The position numbers and the translations under genes were made by a program. From Polyangiales bacterium (GTDB taxonomy: Bacteria; Myxococcota_A; Polyangia; Polyangiales; Houyiibacteriaceae): DNA of 64,000 bases. This document shows positions 38,744 through 47,297 of the stretch, piece after piece. The notes under the pieces are model-generated. The model did no database searches. It was given only the letters and a program-made list of their open reading frames with translations, and was not told the origin of the DNA. How positions within the stretch are numbered: position 1 is the stretch's first letter; each line of letters begins with the position of its first letter. The DNA lies in assembly GCA_049645265.1 (NCBI GenBank), contig JBARTN010000303.1, forward strand, positions 7,907 to 71,906, in the 5' to 3' direction.

Positions 38744-38779
38744 TCCGGCGCGCGCTCGGCGCGTATGGTCGGAGGCAAG

Positions 38780-38875
38780 ATGCTTAGCCGATCGTTCGTT
38801 GCCCTGTGTCTTTCATTTGTGCTTTGGAGCTGCTCTTCCACGTCGATAACCACGGGGCGAACGAATACCTGCTGA
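38780..38875 (+). CDS. 31-codon ORF encoding a lipoprotein signal peptide plus a 13-aa tail (small lipoprotein or gene remnant)
   Basis: GGAGG (38771-38775) lies 4 nt upstream of the ATG at 38780. The product is MLSRSFVALCLSFVLWS/CSSTSITTGRTNTC*. It is below the ORF-track length cutoff and was found by manual translation. Confidence 0.3.
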   Translation: MLSRSFVALCLSFVLWSCSSTSITTGRTNTC

Positions 38876-39119
38876 TCGAGGTGAACGTTCTGTAGCCGCT
38901 CGGAATCACAAGCCTTTGATCGTTGGCCCCGCTCCCCCTGGAACGCAACGACCATCCGCTCGCCCAAATGCCACCAATGGGGAACCTTAAGCCCATGCGC
39001 CTGATAACTCTATCAACCATCTTCACTCTCTTAGTCATCGGCTGTGGCGAAAGCAGCAGCCCCGAGTTCGCCGGAACCGCTGGAAGCGGCGGAAGCGGCA
39101 AGTTCACCACGACCCGCAG

Positions 39120-40091
39120 ATGCTCGAGCGCGCAGAGGAGACCTCGATCTACTGTCAGAGCTGGGTGCTTGGCAATGAGGAGCCGGTCTACGTGACGAAA
39201 GTTCGGCAGACCAACGGGGGGGGCTGGCATCACTCGAACTGGTTCTTCGTCCCCGAGGCCGCGTACCCCCCGAACGAGAGGAACGAAGGACCCGACGCCC
39301 AGCTCGGAGGCACCTGGCGTTGCAGGGACCGGGGTTTCCGTGAGTACTTGGCGGCAGCGGCCGGAGGCGTTTTCTTCGCCCAGTCGACCCAGGCTTTGGA
39401 CGAGCTCCAGGCCTTTCCCGAGGGCACCGCCCTCGAGATTCCTCCGCGGAGCGTGATCGTAGGCAGCACCCATCTTCTGAACATCACCGCCGGACCTCTC
39501 GAGACCGCGATGACGATGGAGGTCGAGGCCGTGCCTGCCGAAGACGTGCAGATTCGCCTCACGCCGTTCAGCTTCGCCATTGGAGACCTCGCGATTCCGC
39601 CGGCCGTCGATGGCGTTCCGACCGAGTCACGGACCTCGATGATGTGCGACCTCACCGAGTCGTCTCAACAGCACCTCGGTGAAGACACGGTCGACTACAA
39701 CATCTACTACGTGCTCGGCCACTATCACCAGTGGGGCAAGTCCTTCAACCTGAGCTTCGTCCATGAGGACGGGAGCATGCAGACGGTTTTCGACATCAAG
39801 AACAAGATCGGCGAGCCGATCGGTTCGATCATCGACCCTCCGATGAATAACAATGGCGCGGCTCGATTGCGGTCGGAGTGCGGATTCATCAACAACACCG
39901 ATGAGACCCTGCGACGCGGGCTCCAGTACGGCGAAATGTGCGACTTCCTCGCCTACACCGATGCGAACCTGAAAATCGGCGCCACCGGAATCAACAATCA
40001 GGCGATGGGCGAAGACGAGGACGGCATCGCCCTGTTCGAGACCGACTGCGGCGCGATCACCGGGTTCAGGGCCTATCCCGACGAGCTCTAA
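39120..40091 (+). CDS. PHM/DBH-type copper monooxygenase-like protein (paralog 3, no PSCyt1 module); N-terminus probably disrupted by a frameshift
   Basis: HH (GWHHSNW), H (GSTHLLN), HxH (GHYHQWG) and M (YGEMCDFLAY) appear in the PHM order. A matching lipoprotein signal peptide (MRLITLSTIFTLLVIG/CGESS) is encoded at 38995-39195 in a different frame. Confidence 0.7.
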   Translation: MLERAEETSIYCQSWVLGNEEPVYVTKVRQTNGGGWHHSNWFFVPEAAYPPNERNEGPDAQLGGTWRCRDRGFREYLAAAAGGVFFAQSTQALDELQAFPEGTALEIPPRSVIVGSTHLLNITAGPLETAMTMEVEAVPAEDVQIRLTPFSFAIGDLAIPPAVDGVPTESRTSMMCDLTESSQQHLGEDTVDYNIYYVLGHYHQWGKSFNLSFVHEDGSMQTVFDIKNKIGEPIGSIIDPPMNNNGAARLRSECGFINNTDETLRRGLQYGEMCDFLAYTDANLKIGATGINNQAMGEDEDGIALFETDCGAITGFRAYPDEL

Positions 40092-41191
40092 ACGTTGAAT
40101 CGGAAGTGCATGATGTCGCCATCCTGCACCACGTAGTCTTTGCCTTCGATCCCGAGCTTGCCGGCGGCCTTCACCGCCTGCTCCGAGCCGAGCTCGAATA
40201 GGTCTTCACACTTCATGACCTCCGCGCGGATGAAACCGCGCTCGAAGTCGCTGTGGATCGTACCTGCGGCCTGCGGTGCTTTGGTGCCCCGGTCGATCGT
40301 CCAGGCGTGAACCTCGGGCTCGCCCGCGGTGAAGTAGGTGATCAGGTCTAGCGTGGCGTAGCCGGTTCGAATCACTTTGTGCAGACCTGGCTCATCGAGG
40401 CCGAGCGACTCGATGAACTCCGCGCGCTCGTCTTCGGCGAGCTGCATGATCTCGGACTCGATCTCTGCGCTGATCACGACCACCGGGACGCCTCGCTCCT
40501 TGCCGAGCTTTTGGACCTGAGCGACGAGTGGGTCCTCGTCGAGGTTGGCGAGCTGCTCGTCCTTCACGTTGGCGACAAAAAAGGACGGTTTGTTGGTGAG
40601 CAAGAACATGTCGCGGATCACAAGGGCTTCGTCGTCGTCGTTCGGCTCGATCGCGGTCGCCGGCTTTCCTTCGTCGAGGGATGCCGCGAGGCGCTTGCAG
40701 ACCTCGAGCGCCTTCTTCTCGAACGTGTCCTGTCCTTTCGCGGCACGCTCGGCCTTGTCGAGGCGCTTCTGAACGCTTTCCAAGTCCTTGAGGATCAGCT
40801 CGGTTTCGATGGTCTCGATGTCGGCCAGGGGGTCTACACGGTTGTCGACGTGTAGAATGTTCTCGTCCTCGAAACAACGAACGACATGCGCCACCGCATC
40901 GGCATCCCGGATGTTGCTCAAAAAAGCGTTGCCCTTTCCTTCGCCTTTGGAGGCGCCCTTGACCAGGCCCGCAATGTCGACGAACTCCACGCTCGCCGGC
41001 ACCACCTTCTTTGGGCCGTACAGCGCGACCAGCTCGTCGAAGCGCGGGTCGGGCACCGGGACGATCCCGACGTTCGGGTCGATGGTGCAAAACGCGTAGT
41101 TCGCCGCTTCCGCTTCCTTCTCGGAAAGGGCGTTGAAAAGCGTCGACTTGCCGACGTTGGGCAGGCCGACGATGCCGACTGACAGAGCCAT
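40088..41191 (-). CDS. ychF: Redox-regulated ribosome-binding ATPase YchF
   Basis: MALSVGIVGLPNVGKSTLFNAL..., with a TGS-like C-terminus ending DGDIMHFRFNV. Confidence 0.96.
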   Translation of the reverse strand: MALSVGIVGLPNVGKSTLFNALSEKEAEAANYAFCTIDPNVGIVPVPDPRFDELVALYGPKKVVPASVEFVDIAGLVKGASKGEGKGNAFLSNIRDADAVAHVVRCFEDENILHVDNRVDPLADIETIETELILKDLESVQKRLDKAERAAKGQDTFEKKALEVCKRLAASLDEGKPATAIEPNDDDEALVIRDMFLLTNKPSFFVANVKDEQLANLDEDPLVAQVQKLGKERGVPVVVISAEIESEIMQLAEDERAEFIESLGLDEPGLHKVIRTGYATLDLITYFTAGEPEVHAWTIDRGTKAPQAAGTIHSDFERGFIRAEVMKCEDLFELGSEQAVKAAGKLGIEGKDYVVQDGDIMHFRFNV

Positions 41192-41226
41192 GGGCCGTGC
41201 TTAGCGCGTGCGCGCGATGGCGGCCA

Positions 41227-42474
41227 CTAGTTCAGCCAGAGCCTGCCGATGACGAATAGACCGGCCGCCAAAAGGGCGGTGAAGGGCACGGTGATGAACC
41301 AGCTGGCCACGATTCCGGTCACGACTTTCGTGTTGATGGCTCCGATGCCGCGCGCGAAGCCTACGCCGATCACGGCGCCGACCAACGTGTGGGTCGTGCT
41401 CACCGGAAGTCCCAGCTTGCTTGCCATCACGATCGTGGTCGCGGCCCCGAATTCAGCCGCGAAGCCTCGCGACGGCGTGAGCTCGGTGATCTTTTTGCCG
41501 ATCGTTGCCATGATCTTGTAGCCGTAGGTCGCCAGTCCGATGACGATGCCCACCGCGCCGATCAAGAGGACCCGGTAAGGAACCGCGACCTTGGCTCCGA
41601 GCTCGCCCGAGGTGGCGCCAAGAACTGCGGCCATGGGGCCGACCGCATTGGCCACATCGTTGCTGCCATGTGCGAAGGCGACGAAGCAGGCCGTCATGAT
41701 CTGCAAGACGAGAAAGACCCGCTCCGCGCGGTGCATGCTGTCCGCTCTGTCCTCGGAGGCGATGACGGTGAACCTCCGAAGGAGCGGGACGGACACCATG
41801 CTGGCCAGCAGCCCGGCCGCCACGGCGATCCCGAGCGAAGGCCCGAAGGCCAGGTCGAGCTTCAGCGGCTTGAGCCCTTTGAACAGGACGCTGAGCGTGA
41901 GAATCGCGAAGATAGGGAAGACCATAATCGGACCCCAGCCCCGCAACGCAAGCAAGGGTCTGTCCACGTTCAAGATGCGTCGCTTGATGAAAACGAAGCC
42001 GAGGAACCCCAAGAGCCCACCCAGAAGCGGAGAGATGACCCAGCTTGCCGCGATCTTGGCCATCGTCAGCCAGTTCACGGCGCTGAAGCCTCCGGCGACC
42101 AGGCCGAAGCCAACGACTGCGCCGACGATGCTGTGGGTCGTCGACACCGGCCAGCCAGCATAGGTCGCGATGTTCAGCCAAATGGCCGCGGCGATGAGAC
42201 AGCAGGTCATTCCAATGGCGATCACCATTGGATCTCCGCCCAGCGCGTCGAGGTCGACAATGCCCTTGCGGATCGTCTGGGTGACCGTGCCGCCCACCAA
42301 CATGGCGCCACCAAACTCGAAGATCGCGGCGACGATGATCGCGCGCCTGATCGTCAGCGCACCCGAGCCGACCGACGTGCCCATGGCGTTCGCCACGTCG
42401 TTGGCTCCGATGTTCCAGGCCATGTAGAGGCCCGCGATGGCCGCAACGGCCAGGACGATCGTCGTTGGCTCCAT
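41227..42474 (-). CDS. pit: Inorganic phosphate transporter, PiT family
   Basis: A polytopic membrane protein with the duplicated PiT signature GANDVANAMGTSVG / GSNDVANAVGP. Confidence 0.92.
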   Translation of the reverse strand: MEPTTIVLAVAAIAGLYMAWNIGANDVANAMGTSVGSGALTIRRAIIVAAIFEFGGAMLVGGTVTQTIRKGIVDLDALGGDPMVIAIGMTCCLIAAAIWLNIATYAGWPVSTTHSIVGAVVGFGLVAGGFSAVNWLTMAKIAASWVISPLLGGLLGFLGFVFIKRRILNVDRPLLALRGWGPIMVFPIFAILTLSVLFKGLKPLKLDLAFGPSLGIAVAAGLLASMVSVPLLRRFTVIASEDRADSMHRAERVFLVLQIMTACFVAFAHGSNDVANAVGPMAAVLGATSGELGAKVAVPYRVLLIGAVGIVIGLATYGYKIMATIGKKITELTPSRGFAAEFGAATTIVMASKLGLPVSTTHTLVGAVIGVGFARGIGAINTKVVTGIVASWFITVPFTALLAAGLFVIGRLWLN

Positions 42475-42484
42475 CGAAGTTTGC

Positions 42485-43159
42485 TTAGCCGGCTACGAAA
42501 AGCCTGAACTGATCCCCTACGTTCTCCGCGTGATTGGCCATGTCACCAATCTTGTTGAGGACCTTGGTCCACATGAAGACCGCAGTCGGGGGCATCGAGT
42601 CCTCTGCCTTGAACAGAGCCCTAGCGCATTGATCTTGGATCTTGTCGGCCTCGTGCTCGGCGCGGCCAAGAATCGCCGCTTGCTCGAGGACCCGCTCCGC
42701 CGGCGGCCCCGAGAACCCGGATTCGACCAAGTCGTCGATCAGGTCGATGAGCTTTGCCGCCTCCTGAATCGTACCCAAGACTCGATCCACGAAAAGCTCG
42801 AGAACGGACTTCATGCCTTCGGGCACGGTCAGCGGGCGAATCGTCAGCAGCACGCCGACATCCTCGGCGCAGTCTGCAATGGCGTCGATCTGGCTGATCA
42901 GCTTGAGCACGTCACGGCGATCCACTGGCATCATCAAGCGGACGGGCATCCTCGAGCGGGCCGCATTCTTTGCGTCGTCGGCCTTCCCTTCCATCGCGCT
43001 GATCTCTTTGGCAACGCGTTCGACGCCCGCCTGGTCGCCGGCTGATAGCAACTCGATCAGCACCCGAACTCGATCGCTGGTCCGGATCACCTCGGCCATC
43101 AGGTCGCCCACCTTGGGCAAGGGATTGCGCGCAAGCAGGTTGGCAAGTGGTATTCTCAT
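42485..43159 (-). CDS. DUF47/PhoU-like PiT accessory protein (TIGR00153-like)
   Basis: 224-aa helical protein located immediately upstream of pit, which is the conserved pairing. It contains PhoU-like repeats. Confidence 0.75.
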   Translation of the reverse strand: MRIPLANLLARNPLPKVGDLMAEVIRTSDRVRVLIELLSAGDQAGVERVAKEISAMEGKADDAKNAARSRMPVRLMMPVDRRDVLKLISQIDAIADCAEDVGVLLTIRPLTVPEGMKSVLELFVDRVLGTIQEAAKLIDLIDDLVESGFSGPPAERVLEQAAILGRAEHEADKIQDQCARALFKAEDSMPPTAVFMWTKVLNKIGDMANHAENVGDQFRLFVAG

Positions 43160-43305
43160 GACACCTCGCGGCCCACCTTCTCATCCCTTCTCGCCCAGCT
43201 CAAATGATAAGTCCGATAGGCAGAATTCACTGCAATTTGGGGTCGATCCGCGTTGTGACTTGGCCGGCGCCGTGTAGACTCGGGGTTGCTCGCTTGGAAC
43301 GCGGC

Positions 43306-43323
43306 CGTCACAGGGACGTCACG
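43306..43323 (+). promoter_or_regulatory. Pho-box-like direct repeat upstream of the phoB-like gene
   Basis: The sequence cgtcacagggacgtcacg contains CGTCAC twice with exactly 11-bp periodicity, 30 bp upstream of the ATG at 43353. Confidence 0.35.
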
Positions 43324-43352
43324 AGGGGTGAGCAAGCTTCTGGCAACTGAGT

Positions 43353-44042
43353 ATGGGTTCGCGAATCCTAGTCGTAGAGGACGAGACCGACCTGGCCGAG
43401 TTGGTGGCAATCAACCTTCGAGGCGCTGGGCATGAGGTCACCGTCGCCCACGACGGCAAGACCGCCTTGGCCGAAATCCAACGGAGCCAGCCGGACTTGC
43501 TCGTGCTCGACGTGATGTTGCCAGACATCTCAGGCATCGAAGTGTGCCGCCGACTGCGACGAAGCGCCCAAACGGTTCGTCTTCCGGTGATCATGCTCAC
43601 CGCGCGAACCGACGAGGTCGATCGCGTCGTCGGTTTCGAAGTGGGCGCCGACGACTACGTCCCCAAGCCGTTCAGCCCGCGAGAGCTCGTGCTGAGAGTG
43701 GAGGCGATTCTCCGTCGAACGATTCCCGCCGCCGAAGGGGTTGGCCCTCAGGTGATCGCGCTTGGCAATCTCGTCATCGACGTTCCGGCCCACAGAGTCG
43801 AAGTGGAAGGCGAGGAGATTCTCCTGACGGCGCTCGAGTTCCGCTTGCTTCTCGACTTGGTGAGCCGCGCAGGACGCGTCCAGTCTCGGGACGCGCTTCT
43901 CGAGCGCGTCTGGGGGTATTCGCCGAACGTCGAGACGCGCACCGTCGACACGCACGTCAAAAGGCTTAGGGAGAAGCTCGGCGCGGGCGCCGCTCACATC
44001 GAGACCGTTCGAGGCGTAGGCTATCGCGCACTCAAATCCTAG
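43353..44042 (+). CDS. phoB: OmpR/PhoB-family response regulator
   Basis: Receiver domain (ILVVEDE...DLLVLDVMLPDISG...) and winged-helix domain (...TVDTHVKRLREKL...VRGVGY). The assignment is supported by its position next to phoR and the pst genes. Confidence 0.85.
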   Translation: MGSRILVVEDETDLAELVAINLRGAGHEVTVAHDGKTALAEIQRSQPDLLVLDVMLPDISGIEVCRRLRRSAQTVRLPVIMLTARTDEVDRVVGFEVGADDYVPKPFSPRELVLRVEAILRRTIPAAEGVGPQVIALGNLVIDVPAHRVEVEGEEILLTALEFRLLLDLVSRAGRVQSRDALLERVWGYSPNVETRTVDTHVKRLREKLGAGAAHIETVRGVGYRALKS

Positions 44043-44078
44043 GTTGGTCAGGGGCCCGAGCCCGCGTATTCTCCCATC

Positions 44079-45449
44079 GTGATTCGACGTTACACGCTGC
44101 TAGGCGGGGCCATTGCTCTGATGATGGCGGTTTTGTATGCGCTTTGGCGCGGCGTCGCCCCCGACTTGCCGGCCTGGGCGGTGCTGTTCGCGGGCCTTGC
44201 GCTCGCCTGTGTCTTCGCTTGGATTGCAGCGCGCGGCGATGCCCGGGATTTGCGGCGCGTTCAGCAGCTGGTCAACGCGCTTTCAGAGAGGGATTACGGC
44301 GCTCGGGCTCGAATGCAGCGCCAAGGCGCCGTCGGACACCTCGGGCGTTCACTCGACGCCCTGGCTGAGGGGCTGTCGACGAGCGAGCTTAAGAAAAGGA
44401 GCCGCAAGGATCGCTTGCGGACCATTCTCGACGCCATGTCCGAAGCCGTGATGGTCACCGACGCGGGCGGCCACATCACGCTCAGCAACGAAGTCCTGGC
44501 CGACCTGATTGGCTTCGATCCCGAAGGAAAGACGGCCGTCGAAGCGATCCGGCACCCGGATTTTCATCGAGCGGTCGAAGATGCGCAGCAAGGCTTTTCC
44601 GGAGTGCTCGAAATCGAGCTCGACGGCTTGCTGGCGGGCGGACGCCGCAGCCTTCGAGCATCCGTCTCGCCGCTTCGAAATCACCAAGGCGTCGTCGCAG
44701 TCTTTTACGACATCACGGCCGAGCGGGAGGCCGATCGGGTTCGAAGGGACTTTGTTGCCAATGCGGGTCACGAGCTCCGCACTCCCCTGACCGCAATTCG
44801 TGGCTTTGCCGAGACTCTCCGAGAAGGAGCGATCAACGATCCGGAATCCGCCAAGGACTTCCTCGACGTCATTCTGCGGCACGCTCGACGCCTGCAGGCT
44901 TTGGTCGACGACCTCGCGGACCTGAGCCGATTCGAAGGCGAGGAGCTGAAGCTCGACTTAGAGCCCGTCCGTGCCGGAGCCCTGCTCGACCAAGTCGTTC
45001 GGGGGCTGGAGTCCCAGTCGAAGGCGAAAGGCTTGAAGGTCATCTGCTCGGGCCTGGACGATGCGCCTCCGGTCTTGGCTGAACAGCGTGCGCTCGAGCA
45101 AGTGCTGGTGAACCTCGTCGACAACGCGATCAAGTACACGCCCACAGGGGGAGAGGTGCGGGTCGAGGTTGCCCCGGAAGGGGAAGATGTGTTCATCGAG
45201 GTTGCCAACACGGGCCCCGGGATTCCCAGCAAGCACCTTCCTCGCGTCTTCGAGCGCTTCTACCGGGTCGATGCAGGCCGGTCCCGCGAGCTCGGGGGCA
45301 CGGGACTCGGGCTATCGATCGTGAAGCATCTGGTGTCTAAAATCGGTGGTGAGATCAACGTCGATAGCAGTGACGGATGGACCCGATTCCAGCTTTCCAT
45401 ACCCCGTGCAGATAGCCCCAAGAGCGACACACGCGTGTCACCAAGCTGA
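44079..45449 (+). CDS. phoR: Sensor histidine kinase, PhoR-like (TM-HAMP-PAS-HisKA-HATPase)
   Basis: H-box FVANAGHELRTPLTAI, N-box LVNLVDNAIKYT, and G-boxes NTGPGIP / GGTGLGLSIVKH. A PAS-like segment precedes the H-box. Confidence 0.85.
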   Translation: MIRRYTLLGGAIALMMAVLYALWRGVAPDLPAWAVLFAGLALACVFAWIAARGDARDLRRVQQLVNALSERDYGARARMQRQGAVGHLGRSLDALAEGLSTSELKKRSRKDRLRTILDAMSEAVMVTDAGGHITLSNEVLADLIGFDPEGKTAVEAIRHPDFHRAVEDAQQGFSGVLEIELDGLLAGGRRSLRASVSPLRNHQGVVAVFYDITAEREADRVRRDFVANAGHELRTPLTAIRGFAETLREGAINDPESAKDFLDVILRHARRLQALVDDLADLSRFEGEELKLDLEPVRAGALLDQVVRGLESQSKAKGLKVICSGLDDAPPVLAEQRALEQVLVNLVDNAIKYTPTGGEVRVEVAPEGEDVFIEVANTGPGIPSKHLPRVFERFYRVDAGRSRELGGTGLGLSIVKHLVSKIGGEINVDSSDGWTRFQLSIPRADSPKSDTRVSPS

Positions 45450-45476
45450 CACATTTGGCGCGTAACACGCGGGCAA

Positions 45477-46961
45477 ATGACACCGACCCGCTTCATTTTT
45501 CTCGCTTTGCCGGCCCTCCTGGCCCTTAGCGTAGTTCGCCCCGTCTTGGCCGAAGATGCACCTGTTCCCGAGGAAAAAGCGGAACCTTCGACCGAAGGAA
45601 TGATTCAGGACCTTCCTCCGAAACAGCAGGAAGCCGTCGAGCAGGCGCTCGAGCAAGCCGAGACGCCGGAAGGGACGACGGTCATCGTGGTTCCGCCGCC
45701 GGAGGCCGAAATGCGGACGTACGATCCGAGCTCGGAGACCGACCAGGAAGCGGCCGCCGAAGAACGGGTTCGACATGACGTCCCAGGCGACCAGCTCCAT
45801 CCCAAGGGCGAAGACGAAATGATGGGAGACCACGTCGTCGACCGTGGAGACATCAAGTTCAGGCCAGGTAAGGGCGTCGAGATCAACAGCGCAGACGACA
45901 AGTTCCAGCTGCGCATTCGAGTCCGCGTGCAGATGCTCTACACCTACGTCCACGGCGACCCCGGGCCCAAAGAGGCCGACGAGCCAGACGAGAACCTCAA
46001 CGATTTCCGGCTTCGCCGCGCGCGCTTCGTCTTCCAGGGCCATTTCTTCGGCAAAGACAATCAGTACAAGCTCGAGATCGACCCGCTGCGCAAGGACAAC
46101 GTCGTCCTCGACTACTACCTCGACTTCACCCAGAACCGCGACATCCAAGTCCGTGTCGGCCAGTACAAGATCTCCTCGAACCGGCAGCGCGTGATTTCAT
46201 CGGGTAACCTGCAGATGGTCGACCGCTCGCGGGTGAACTCCGAGTTCTCGCTCGACCGAGACATGAGCCTCGACATTCGCTCACGCGACTTCCTCGGTAA
46301 GAACAAGATGCGCTACGTGCTCGGCGCTTCGACCGGCAACGGCCTCAACAACCCGCAGTTCACCGACTTCGCCATGGTGTTCTTGGCCCGCGTCGAGTAC
46401 CTGCCGATGGGCATCTTCCGCGATTACAGCGAGGTGGATTTCGCGCGAACGAAGCCACGCCTTGCCATCGGCGCTACGTATTCATACTTCGCCAAGGCGA
46501 ACCAGGACCGCGGTATGGTTGGCGTTCCCTTCGCCGACGGCGGCACGGCGGACTACCACTTCGTCTACGTCGATGCGATCTTCAAGGCGCGCGGCTTCTC
46601 GGCGATTAGTGAGCTCGCTTTTCGAACGGGCCAGCGCAACATCGGCGGCATCACGCCGACGGATCCCGACTACGACCCGGAGCTCCCGACCAATCCACGA
46701 AACGGCATCGGCTGGATGCTCCAAGCCGGCTATCTCATCCCCCACACCGGCTTCGAGTTTGCCGGGCGCGGGGCGCTCATCAAGAGTAACTCGAAGAGGT
46801 CGGCTACGAGCTTGAACGACAGCTACGGGACGACCTTCTCTCTGAGCTACTATTTCTTCCGACACCCTTTCAAGATTCAGGCCGATGTCTCGCAGATCTG
46901 GGAAGACACCTTCAAAGAGGGCGCGACGACCTTCCGTCTACAGCTCCAGGCCTCGCTCTAA
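45477..46961 (+). CDS. Phosphate-selective porin O/P-like outer-membrane protein
   Basis: Signal peptide (...LSVVRPVLA/ED) followed by an acidic linker. The barrel begins FRPGKGVEINSADDKFQLRIRVRVQMLYTY, typical of OprO/OprP-like porins. It lies in the Pho cluster. Confidence 0.6.
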   Translation: MTPTRFIFLALPALLALSVVRPVLAEDAPVPEEKAEPSTEGMIQDLPPKQQEAVEQALEQAETPEGTTVIVVPPPEAEMRTYDPSSETDQEAAAEERVRHDVPGDQLHPKGEDEMMGDHVVDRGDIKFRPGKGVEINSADDKFQLRIRVRVQMLYTYVHGDPGPKEADEPDENLNDFRLRRARFVFQGHFFGKDNQYKLEIDPLRKDNVVLDYYLDFTQNRDIQVRVGQYKISSNRQRVISSGNLQMVDRSRVNSEFSLDRDMSLDIRSRDFLGKNKMRYVLGASTGNGLNNPQFTDFAMVFLARVEYLPMGIFRDYSEVDFARTKPRLAIGATYSYFAKANQDRGMVGVPFADGGTADYHFVYVDAIFKARGFSAISELAFRTGQRNIGGITPTDPDYDPELPTNPRNGIGWMLQAGYLIPHTGFEFAGRGALIKSNSKRSATSLNDSYGTTFSLSYYFFRHPFKIQADVSQIWEDTFKEGATTFRLQLQASL

Positions 46962-46962
46962 G

Positions 46963-47289
46963 TTGAGCCGCCTAGCCGCCGCCTCGTTCGTGTTGCTGTG
47001 CTGCGCAGTTGCGGCTTGCAAGCCCGCAAGCACCGAGACCGCAGCCGACGTACGGATCGTGAACACCAAGCCTCGCTGCGAGAAGCTCGGCGTCGTCGAA
47101 GGCGCCGGAGGGAACGCCACGCACGCCAGGAACGACGCCCTCGAGCAGGCCGCCGAGCGTGGCGCAACCCACATTCTCCTCGAATCGGCGCACCCCGATC
47201 TCGAAGATGGAATGACGATCATCGTCACCGGCAGGATCTACGGCTGCCCGCCGCCCGACGAAGTGTACCCGCCGACCGGCTATCGCTGA
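46963..47289 (+). CDS. DUF4156-like lipoprotein
   Basis: A TTG start gives (M)SRLAAASFVLLCCAVAA/CKP. The block CEKLGVVEGAGGNATHARNDALEQAAERGATHILL resembles DUF4156. The ORF-track start (46885) overlaps the porin gene. Confidence 0.5.
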   Translation: MSRLAAASFVLLCCAVAACKPASTETAADVRIVNTKPRCEKLGVVEGAGGNATHARNDALEQAAERGATHILLESAHPDLEDGMTIIVTGRIYGCPPPDEVYPPTGYR

Positions 47290-47297
47290 GGACGCCC

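Noticed and set aside
38784-39473. 229-aa minus-strand ORF
   Set aside because: It is antisense to the signal-peptide ORF and to the N-terminal part of monooxygenase-like paralog 3. It has no motifs.
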